From NCBI RefSeq assembly GCF_006345805.1, contig NC_042999.1, positions 155,930,001 through 155,994,000 of the forward strand: a stretch of 64,000 nucleotides of DNA, written 5' to 3'. Below the pieces are notes generated by a model. The model saw nothing but the letters and a program-made list of their open reading frames with translations, was not told the origin of the DNA and did not search any database. Below are positions 53,460-64,000 of this stretch, in pieces (position 1 is the first letter of the stretch; every line of letters starts with the position of its first letter). Made by a program: the position numbers and the translations under genes. This DNA is from Octopus sinensis (lineage: Eukaryota).

Positions 53460-53790
53460 TGGGGCTGTTAGGGTTGGAGGAATTGGTGGAATGGCTGGCT
53501 AGGGTGAATGGAGTGTGGTGGTATGGACATGTGCTGAGGAGGGATGACGAGCATGTTCTGAGGAGGGTGCTTGAGTTTGAGGTAAATGAACCTTGAAAGT
53601 GAGGTAGACCAAAGAAAGCATGGAGGAGGAGATTGGGAGGGTTCGCTTGAGAAGGGAAGACACCCAAAACGGGGCAAGATGGTGTGAGAGTAGTTGCTAT
53701 GGCATTTAGGTAGATCCGGCCACCCCTGTTAATGGAGACAAAACCTGGATTTAAAACACTGGATGATGATGATGATGATGATGATAGGTG
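53460..53790 (+). mobile_element. RTE LINE 3' fragment (second subfamily)
   Basis: WYGHVLRRDDEHVLRRVLEFEV...GRPKKAW, with a (GAT)n tail. Confidence 0.8.
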
Positions 53791-54071
53791 ACCAGAGGGC
53801 AGCTGCACGTAAAAAGCACCATCCGATCATGGCTGTTTGCCAGCCTTGTCTGGCACCTGTGTAGGTGGCATGTAAAAAGCACCCACTACACTCATGGAGT
53901 GGTTGGCGTTAGGAAGGGCATCCGGCTGTAGAAACACTGCCAGATCAGACTGGGCCTGGCGCAGCCTTCTGGCTTCCCAGACCACAGCTGAACCGTCCAA
54001 CCCATGCTAGCATGGAAAACGGACGTTAAACGATGATGATGATGATGATGATGATGATGAATGTATTTTTA

Positions 54072-54193
54072 TGAAGTATGTTTGCCTCTTAAATGTGGCT
54101 AACCACTAAGGGTGGATGCTGCTGTAGCTTGTAGCCCCAGGAAAAGCATCCACCCTGAGTGGTTAGCCACATTTAAGTGGCAAATATACTTCA
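54072..54193. repeat. Hairpin with about 49-bp arms and a 24-nt loop
   Basis: tgaagtatgtttgcc...ggatgct / agcatcc...ggcaaatatacttca, 3 mismatches. Confidence 0.85.
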
Positions 54194-55003
54194 CATTGTC
54201 ATGCAGCTACTGTTTATACCTCGTTCAGAGATTTATTATTGAATGTATTTTTAAAAGTCTTTAAAAGTAAAATACTTGATGTATAAAAGAAATGCATTTG
54301 AATTTTTACTTCCCCAAGTTTTATATAATATTTTTGTGACAAACACTCAAAGTCGACTATACATGTCCTTCATAAACCTGCTAGAAATAACAACTAAATT
54401 TCCTTTACATCACATCGTATCATCACTAAAGAAAAAGGACACATTAGATAATTCAGTCTTAGATTATACTATGCCTGAATAAAAGACAAGAGGATTACAG
54501 CTAGAATATCAATGATAATAGATCTGCTTGATCTCAGTTGACCTGAGGGTAAGCAACAACAACAACTATAACATAGCTGGGATTTTTTTTTTGTTTTGAA
54601 GATATTTTTTTTTTATATCAAACAAAGAAAATCAGTCATAAGAAAACTGGAATTTTATCTTAGGTTTTTATGAGAGAAAAGGAAAAGGAAGAAGAAGAAG
54701 AAGAAGAAGAAGAAGAGGATACTGTGTGTGTGTGTATGTGTGTGTGTGTGCAAGTATGGGGGCATATGTGGGAATATATAAAGGGGGAGGGTGTCCAGTC
54801 TCTGGGTGGGACTGAACACTGGTAAGTTACAGAATGAAGATGTGTGTGTGTGTGTGTCTATCTGTGTGTATACATATATACATACACATATATGCGCACA
54901 CACACTTGTGGATATATATCTATATGTATACATATGCACACACAACACACACATGTTCATATACACATTACCCATTCATATGCATATATACATATATATA
55001 TAT

Positions 55004-55192
55004 ATAACTTATAAAATAAGGGCAAAAGAAAAATTCTAATGCCAAATATATCCGAAAATAGAGAAAATTGTCAATAACCATTTTAATTTATGTGTCTCGA
55101 GATGCATAAATTAAAATGGTTATTGATAATTTTGTCTATTTTCGGTATATTTGGCATTAGAATTTTTCTTTTGCCCTTATTTTATAAGTTAT
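55004..55192. repeat. Spacerless palindrome (about 94-bp arms)
   Basis: Centre tctc|gaga at 55098/55099. Confidence 0.9.
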
Positions 55193-55714
55193 TTATAAAT
55201 TTAACCTTTAAAGGTATTTTTTAATATGCTGGCCATTGATAAAATTTTTTTTTGAAAAAAATTTTATCCTACATTAAATGCATATATATATATATATACA
55301 CACATTTATACTTATATATTATGTGTGCCTGTATTTGTGTGTATATATATACATATACATGCATGTACACACGCATATATGGATATATATATATATCATC
55401 ATCTTAATTAATTAAATAATGGCCTTATAACACTAACGATCCACTTCTCATTGTTATATTTCTCCATTTTCTTAGCATCTTTATATATATATATATATAT
55501 ACACACACATGTGTGTTTGTGTATATATATATATATATATATACACACACATATGTGTATGTGTGTACATATATATATGTGTGTATGTGTGTATGTATAA
55601 TATATATTTATATATATATACATATGCACACACACATATATACATATACATATGTACATGCATATTACATGCACATTCATATGCATTTATATATACATTT
55701 AGACTTACACCTAT

Positions 55715-55747
<33 letters not shown>

Positions 55748-56359
55748 CATACATCCACTCACACATATACCCTGGGTGTGCCAGGCAATTGATAAACACA
55801 AACAAATCAAAGAAAAAACAACAAACGGGGAGGAAAAAATGCAACATATTTGAAACAAAAACAAACAACAAACAGCAGTACACATGTTGTGCATAATACA
55901 TCAAAGAGACTGGCCATTCAATAACGATGGCTCCAGTATGACCAGGGGCAAGTGTTTGATGTCCTCCCCTGTCATCCAAGTTCACAACACTGGAGCTCAA
56001 CAGAAGCGCCATACTCTGGGACCATTGGCTAGTCTCATAGAGGTGTGTAGCTTAGTGGTTTTGGTGTTGGTCTCATGATCGTAAGATTGTGGTTTCGATT
56101 CCTGGACTAGGTGATACATTGTGTTCTTGAGCAAGACACTTCATTTCACATTGCACCAGTCCACTCAGCTGACAAAAATGAGCACTTTTGTGACGGACCA
56201 GAGTCTTGTGCAGGGGAGAGTCTTGTGCCCCATGGAAACCGGGAAACTGGCTCTATGAGTCTATATGGCTTGGGAAGGGTCTTATTTATTGGGTAGTCTC
56301 TCCCTGACCCTTATGATGCGAGGGTTCAAGTCACAAGAGATAGGATGCCACATAATGTT

Positions 56360-56660
56360 AGATGTCATACAGTCACATGGTTTTTCTCAGTCTTGTCCAA
56401 CATGAGCTGCCATTTCCGCATCACATAGGACTTGTACCTGATGTCCTCAAGGCCCCATTGTCTGATACTGGACTCTGTCCTCTTAAGCTGCTCAACAATA
56501 TCACCCCATCTCCTACCACATTGACCAACAGAGGTCGTTGTTGGTGGTGATGTTGTGGCCCTCCTGGTTGAACTTGGCTGTACTAAATGCACTGTATACG
56601 GCTATGTTACATCTGCACTTGAAGTTTACATCTTGTCCAGATGCCCCACCTTATCCAGAT
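56360..56660 (-). mobile_element. Highly degenerate RTE-like C-terminal fragment
   Basis: GHLDKM...PSSTRR...RRWGDIVE...RKW spacing resembles RTE ORF ends. Confidence 0.4.
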
Positions 56661-56707
56661 GTCTGGAAGCTGTCCAACCAGACAAATACCCCCTGTCAGT
56701 CACTTAC

Positions 56708-56756
56708 CATATTGCTTCTCTGGACATTAACATTCTAAAGTTTTTATGTTTAGCAT
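56708..56756 (-). CDS. Candidate small exon (AKHKNFRMLMSREAIW)
   Basis: aattcag acceptor, TG|gtaagt consensus donor. Confidence 0.22.
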
Positions 56757-58194
56757 CTGAATTGGTAGAAACCCACAAGATTATCTGCCATCTTTCCCAC
56801 AACTTTGGTCACCTTTCTGAATTTAATATCATGCTTATAAAAAAACCCCAAAAAACAAAAAACAGTGCAACACCTTTAACTTTCAAATAATTATTTTACC
56901 AATGTTCAGAACTGTCAAAGCATGAAATAAACACCCACATTAGTTGTTAACTGTCAAATAAATAAAAATTCAAATAAATATGTATTGGAATTTTTCTCGT
57001 TATGTATCAAATTTAAACACAGACATTTTTATTCTGATGTTTAATCTTATATCTCACATTCTGTATTTGACACATACTTGATTTTACATGATTGATATAA
57101 ATACTAATTCATATTTAAAATGTATAATTTATAAATTTTAATTCATAATATTACAAAGTATAATTTTTATTCTTAATTTTTATTCTTGATTTTTTATTCT
57201 TAATTTCTAATTCATAATTTTTAATCTTTAATGCTTAATAATATTGCTAATTTTTAAAGAGATGTAAAATTAGATATGTGATATTTTGAAATAGAACCTA
57301 AAGAGATGTTGGAATAATTGTAAATCTGATGATTGCATATATGTATTTATATATGTATATATATGGGTACACAGTTGTGTATATGTATATATATATTGTA
57401 ATCTTCCAATACTGAAACACATGTAGTTCCTTCATATTTAATAAATGTAAGTATTAACTAAAGTATGATACAATTAACAAAGTATATTATATCACTGGTA
57501 ATTTAGGTTATATCCTTTAAGTGTTATTTCATGATGTACAAACTGATACCTTGAGTTTACTGTCAGATATACTCATTAAGCTATTTTTGTATTATCTGAA
57601 ATAGAATACCTGCATATTGATTAATCACAAAAAATTGAATATATAAATATATATACACACACATATATACCGGAGTAAGCACATAAATATGAAACAAGGT
57701 GGAAAAAAGAGTACTCAAATACCAGAGGTAGAGTAATATACTTTATTTAAAAGCAGCAGAAATATAACACAAACACCCCCCCCCCCGCCACACACACACA
57801 CACACATATATAGATATTTGTGTGTCTATGTTTGTCACCCCACCTTTGCTTGACACTGATGATGATGTGTTTATATCCCCGTAACTTAGCAATTTGGCAA
57901 AAGGGCCCCAAGGAATGGAATAAGTACTAGGCTTACAAAGAATAAGTCCTGGGGTTGATTTGTTCAACTAAAGGCGGTGCCCCAGCATGGCTGCAGTCAA
58001 ATGTCTGAAACAAGTAAAAGAATAAAAGAATAGTGCTAACATTGTTTGATATAGAACGCAATATGTTTGGTAGAGAAGATAAATATTTATTATATCACTA
58101 CACATATATCCATTACATATATGTATATGTGTGTGTGTGAATATATGTGTGTATATATGTGTGTGTGTGTACGTATGTATGTATGTATACATGT

Positions 58195-58815
58195 ATCATG
58201 GCACTCCATCGGTTATGTCGATGAGGGTTCCAATTAATCCTATTTCTTTACTACCCACAAGGGGCTGAACATAGAGGGGACAAACAAGGACAGACAAACG
58301 AATTGAGTCGATTACATCGACCCCAGTGCGTAACTGGTACTTTATTTATCGACCCTGAGAGGATGAAAGACAAAGTTGACCTCGGCAGATTTGAACTCAG
58401 AATGTAACGACAGACGAAATACCGCTAAGCATTTCGCCCAGCGTGCTAACGCTTCTGCCAGGGTTCCAATTAATCCGATCATCGGAACAGCCTGCTCATG
58501 AAATTAATGTGCAAGTGGCTGAGCACCCTACAGACACGTGTACCCTTAATGTAGTTCTCAGGGAGATTCAACATGACACAGAGTGTGACAAGGCTGGCCC
58601 TTTGAAATACAGGTACAATAGAAACAGGAAGAAAGAGTGAGAGAAAATTGTAGTGAAAGAGTACAGCAGCGTTCACCGCCATCCCGCTGCTGGAGCATCG
58701 TGGAGCTTTAGGCGTTTTCGCTCAATAAACACTCACAACGCTCGGTCTGGGAATCGAAACCACGATCTTACGACCACGAGTTTGCTAACTTAACTACTGG
58801 GCCATCGCACCTCCA
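58195..58815 (-). mobile_element. tRNA-headed SINE (further family)
   Basis: Minus strand ggaggtgcgatggcccagtagttaag...gtttcgattcccagacc is tRNA-like. Confidence 0.6.
58241..58460 (-). mobile_element. Family B SINE with a 16-bp TSD, nested in another SINE
   Basis: gggttccaattaatcc duplicated at 58225-40 and 58461-76. Confidence 0.88.
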
Positions 58816-60399
58816 CATATATACACGTAGATGCAAACACAGGAGTAATAACAGTTCTGTCTACAGAATCGTCCACACCCTGTTCGTCCAAGAAATTTTG
58901 GGTGGAACTCAACTGAACAAAACATTATCACTAACAACAACAACAACAACAACAATTTTGGTATTTATAAATTTTAATGTCTTTAAATTTTATATTGTTT
59001 ATTTTTTTAATCGTTTCTTTGAATTTTTATTCATTGTATCAACATTTTATTCATCATTTTTCTTTGCTTTTTCTAATGTATTTTTTTTCCCACTTGTCAG
59101 CTTTCCATGGTTTCATTTTTTTTTTACTTTGCAATTTCTCTTTTATTTGCCAACCACCACCACCACCACTACCGCCGCCGCCACTGCCACCACTACCACC
59201 GCTGCCACCGCCGCCACCACCACCACCACCACCACCACCACCGCCGCCAGCACAAATACCACCACTGCTTTTTTCTTTACTCCCTCGTGTGTATGTGTGT
59301 GTGTGTGTATGAGAGAGAGAGAGAAAGAGACAGACAGACAGTGTGTGTGTGTATAAGAGAGAGAGACAGACAGACAGACAGACAGGCAGTGTGTGTGTGT
59401 GTGTGTGTGTGTATGAGAGAGAGAGACAGGCAGATAGAGACAGAAGTCAGATTACAAGCAGAGAGAGAGAGAGAGAAGAGAAACAGACAGACAGAGACAG
59501 CGACAGAGAGAAGCAGAGAGTGAGAGAGACAAAGAAAGAGACAGAGAGAAAGAAGAAACTAACGTTGGTAATCAGCCAACTGAATTTCTACCACTTGCTT
59601 GATTTCTGATGTAAGTTATTTTCTTTCAATTTAGGAAAGACATCATTAGGAAAGAACATCATTTATCCCCTTACACACACACACACATTTGTTTTTAATT
59701 TAGGAAACAGGTTAGAATTGGCAACAGCAAAGGATTACTTCAGTAAATCTTCATTCAATCCATGCAGTATGGAAAAGCAGACATAAACAGATGATGTCTT
59801 ATGAACTTTAAGTTGGATAAAATAGATTTGTGACATTTTAACTTCTAAAGACAGTCACTGCAGTTACTGTGGAGAAAAAAAAAATTTTTTACACCTTTAA
59901 CCATAAGAGACAATTTTTTTACACTTTTTGTCATAAGAGGAGACTTTTTCTTCATGGTAGCTGCAGTGAAGTTAAAATATGTTTGTAGCATATTTTAACT
60001 AACCTAAAGTTCATTTATTCTCAATGACTGTTTGGCGTTGATGCTACTATTTTCATCCTGACCAAACAGTCCACTAGCACAACTCAGCCGCTGACGTTGA
60101 CTGCTTCTTAGTTGATACCATGGCTTTGAATCTGCTCAGGTTTATCTCCCTTTGGTATTTCCCATTGAGTAAGACTAAAGAGCTAGAAGCACATGTCTGG
60201 GAATCCACTAGGAGGAAATACTGGACAGATATGGTGCTTTTACATCTTTTACTATAAAAGAGAATCTTTTCTTTACTGTAACTGTTGTGAATTTGCATTT
60301 AGAAGTTAAAATATGTCACAAACATATTTTAATTAACTTAAAGTTTGTTTGTTCCTAATCTCTGCTTGGAGCTGATGCTGCTATTTTGATGATGCTTTG

Positions 60400-61455
60400 T
60401 GTGTGTGTGTGTGGCTAGAAAGAAATGAAGCTAGCATGCTCCACATGATGTGCAACATAGGTGTGTATATTTGACAAAGTGCAATTGTGTTGAAAGGAAA
60501 ATTAGTTTATATGAAGTAACAGATGTTGTGTGCAAGAGAGACGATTGTGCAGGAATGGTCATGTGTGGAATGTGTATGGATGGAAAACAGCTGCAAGTTA
60601 TTAAGTGATCATCACTTCTGTTGAAACCATAAAAAACAATCTCCCCTGGTGCACTCTGTAAAGTGGTTAGATTTAGGAAGAGCATCCAGTCATAGACACC
60701 ATTTCAAAGCAGACACTGGAGCTTGCTACAAGTCTGCAGCTTCCTGCAAACCTGCAGCTTGCTACAAATATGCAGCTTGCAACAAGTCTGCAGCTTGCTA
60801 CAAGTTTGCAACTTGCTACAAGTCTGCAGCTTGCTACAAGTCTGCAGCTTCCTACAATCCTGCAGCTTCCAACAAGTCTGCAGTTTGCTACAAGTCTGCA
60901 GTTTTCGACAAGTCTGCAGCTTACTACAAGTCTGCAGCTTGCTACAAGTCTGCAGTTTGCTACAAGTCTGCAGCTTGCTACAAGTCTGCAGCTTGCTACA
61001 AGTCTGCAGCTTGCTACAACTCTGCAGTTTTCGACAAGTCTGCAGCTTGCTACAAGTCTGCAGCTTGCTACAAACATGCAGCTTGCTACAAGTTGCAGCT
61101 TGCTACAACTCTGCAGCTTGCTACAAATCTGCAGCTTGCTACAAGTCTGCAGCTTGCTACAAATCTGCAGCTTGCTACAAATCTGCAGCTTGCTACAAAT
61201 CTGCAGCTTGCTACAACTCTGCAGTTTTCGACAAGTCTGCAGCTTGCTACAAATCTGCAACTTGCTACAACTCTGCAGCTTGCTACAACTCTGCAGCTTG
61301 CTACAAATCTGCAGCTTGCTACAACTCTGCAGCTTGCTACAACTCTGCAGCTTGCTACATGTCTGCAGCTTGCAGTATGTTTGCAACTTCCTGGATTATG
61401 TCAAACTGTCCATTACATACCAACATGGAAAAGGGAAATTAAATGATAATGATGT
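60400..61455 (+). mobile_element. Internally deleted RTE fragment whose 3' UTR hosts a minisatellite
   Basis: ERNEASML-like ORF remnant, then taggaagagcatccag, the 18-bp array and catggaaaagggaaattaaatgataatgatg. Confidence 0.6.
60721..61372. repeat. 18-bp minisatellite (gcttgctacaagtctgca) x about 36
   Basis: Tandem units read directly. A variant unit gttttcgaca occurs at 60901, 61027 and 61224, and there is one 17-bp unit at about 61081. Confidence 0.95.
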
Positions 61456-62541
61456 TTTATTATAGATCTATTATTCCACCATTTTATTATCTAAACTTTT
61501 CATTTCTTGTTTTTTGTGTTACGTTATTTTTCTGTAAAACTGGTCCCAATTGTTTACCCAGAATATTTTCCCCCTAATCACCATTTTGGCTGCTTTTTGA
61601 CATCCCATGTCAGTTATTCTTCAAAAGATTAGTCAGCATTGTTTGCTCTTTTTTAACCAATTCCATAGAATATCTCTGAGAGACCCAGCAGTTTCTATTG
61701 ATCTTAGAACAATTGATTGGATTCCAACACAACAAATTGTGTTATATCTAGCATAAAATTATTCTAATCCTAACACAGTGGTTCTTTCTTCCTTTCTTTC
61801 TTTCTTTCTTTATTTCTTTCTTTATTTTTTTATTTATTTATTTCCAAATCACATTGTTCAAGGGTTGTTTACATGAATAGTTCTGACTTTTCACAAAACG
61901 CACATAATAGCATTGATTTGTGTAAAATATATGTAAACACACCCACTTGTGTGATTTCTAGAAATTTTCTTACACCTACTTCTTTCTTTCAAACACACTT
62001 TCTCAAGAAAACAATAATTATAAATTATATTCTCTTTGAACTCACTCCATTAAACTACTACCTGTTTTTTCTTTAAAAAATTTTAGCTTCACTGAATATA
62101 GCTGCTGTAAATATATGATAATGTTCTGTTCAAATAATTGGACTTTTAGGATAAAGACCTAAATACATTATAGTATTATTTAGTATGCCCTACTCTCAAT
62201 GTTAGAATTCCAGTCCTGCAAGGGGTCAAATTTGTCCTCAACCCCCCAACCCTAGGTACGACAAAATATGTACCAGATAATTCAATCAATTTTATTACTC
62301 CCTTTACAAATCAGAGGCATTTCATTAATATACAATATAAGAAATTAGAATAAATTTGTGAAATAAGATAAGTTTGTGTGATTTTAACAGAAATGAACTA
62401 AGAGAAATAACCCAGTGTGACTAGTGGCAAGTTATTTGAACAACATTGACAAATACAGGTATATCAAATACCATACAATATAAACTATTGATGTACAAAA
62501 ATTCTCTTTGCCTCTAGAACAATGGTCCTCAACCTTTGTAA

Positions 62542-62761
62542 CCCTTTCGTTACCATATTTATTTTGAGATGCTGTGTGTTTCTTTCAATTACTTGAAAGA
62601 TAATAGAGAATTTCATAAAATAACTTAGCTATCATTAAGCAAGTGTTAGGAACATAAATTGTGACTAAGGTTTGGTGGAAGATTTTAATTCAAAACTCAT
62701 GAAAACAAGACATTTGTACTCAGAGCCAGAGCCGGTTTCAGCCGGGTTGGTAATGAAAAGG
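62542..62761. mobile_element. piggyBac-like MITE
   Basis: TIRs ccctttcgttacc / ggtaatgaaaagg, flanked by gtaa and ttaa. Confidence 0.6.
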
Positions 62762-63365
62762 TTAATATCCAGGCCAGATCCAAAACCTGGATGTTTTAAG
62801 GGAGCTGCACCATAAAAAAAAAAACATTGATTACATCTGTAGAAGGAAGATCATCAAGAGTTGCTAGAAGGATGCTTGATGACCGCATGTAACCCTGAGA
62901 GACATGATTTAAGAACTGCTGCTGTGGATGATGTGTCACAACTATGAAGTGGCAATTAGGACCAGCTCCATATAAGGAGCGGGAGATAATATCAAGAATC
63001 AAAAATTCTCCAAAGTTGCCAAACCATTAAGGAAAAGGAGACAGGCTTATTGTCTTGAGGTAAGAGGACAATCAGGGACACATGTTTCAGGTTCAACAGC
63101 CATTATCAGCACAAGAATTGTACATTCTTATTTCCATTTGCCAAAGGACTTATGAGTTAAATAAAACACTATTGAAAACATTTATGGCCTAGTGTTAAGT
63201 GTGGAGGTTATACTGAGCTTCTCATCATGGACAAGTGAGAATAGCTTGGTAATATGTAGTATGCTTCCATTATATAACCACTCTTGGGTCTTCACCTTTA
63301 CCCAGTGTCACATCCAGAATATGAAAGTTAGATGGAGAGAGAGGGTTGTACCAATACATTCATCT

Positions 63366-63770
63366 AAGGTGGCGAGCTGGCAGAAACATTAGCACGCTGG
63401 ATGAAATGCTTAGCGGTATTTTGTCTGCTGTTACGTTCTGAGTTCAAATTCTGCCGAGGTCGACTTTGCCTTTCATCCTTTTGGGGTCGATAAATTAAGT
63501 ACCAGTTATGCACTGGGGTCGATGTAATCGACTTAATCTCTTTGTTTGTCCCCTCTATGTTTAGCCCTTTGTGGGCAATAAAGAAATAAGAAACTTTAGC
63601 ATGCCAGGCAAAATGCTTAGCAGTATTTCGTCTGTCTACGTTCTGAGTTCAAATTCCACCGAGGTTGACTTTACCTTTCATCCTTTCAGGGTCAATAAAT
63701 TAAGTACTAGTTGTGTGCTGGGGTCGATCTAACCCTCCCTCAAAATTTCAGGCCTAGAGTAGAAAAGAAT
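63366..63770 (+). mobile_element. Family B SINE dimer
   Basis: Two tandem copies. Similar dimers lie at 10900-11320 (minus) and 30336-30705 (plus). Confidence 0.8.
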
Positions 63771-64000
63771 ATTCATTTACAGTTGAATATACAAGGGGAA
63801 CAGGAAACTAAGTGCTTTGCTCAAGGACACAATATGTCACTCGGTCCAGGAATTGAACCCATGGCTTTATGATCATGAGCTAAGTACCCTAACCTCTAGG
63901 TCATATACCTTCACTAATGAAGAGGATGGTTGTGATAGTTCAGGCAAGATTCATCAAACAGTTACATCAGGTCTTAATTGTTTCCCCTCCACCAAGAATT

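Noticed and set aside
58700-58815. tRNA gene
   Set aside because: A tRNA-like SINE head without a complete cloverleaf, continuing into SINE body sequence.
60074-60298. Exon candidate KRCKSTISVQYFLL...FKAM and ORF 29678-30010
   Set aside because: Weak donors, no recognisable motif, and the 60-kb candidate's phases do not fit the neighbouring candidates.
60649-61465. 230-265 aa Cys-rich repeat proteins (KSAACY)n
   Set aside because: Open on both strands, the reading frame switches at a 17-bp unit, and the array is embedded in a LINE UTR.

Overview
Eukaryotic, AT-rich and repeat-saturated DNA. The SINE/LINE families and the dense microsatellites strongly suggest a coleoid cephalopod, most likely Octopus (inference from recalled repeat families; no search was run). 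I recognise no intact protein-coding gene and no CRISPR array, and almost every supplied ORF is a microsatellite or retroelement artefact. The window holds dozens of tRNA-derived SINEs (CORE-like, Meta-like and V-like) and 3' fragments of RTE, CR1, I/Nimb-like and R4/Dong-like LINEs. It also holds a decayed Penelope-like element (RT plus GIY-YIG), Tc1/mariner relics, a non-autonomous Helitron, several MITEs, a solo-LTR-like segment, a 5S rRNA pseudogene and an 18-bp minisatellite. The most interesting hidden layer is a set of minimal type-I hammerhead ribozyme motifs from three or four unrelated sequence families, found by pairing their helices by hand. Several sit inside inverted duplications that look like ordinary palindromes, as expected for Penelope-like terminal repeats. 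A few short unique islands with good splice signals may be exons of a long-intron host gene (low confidence). Coordinates of degenerate repeats are approximate.
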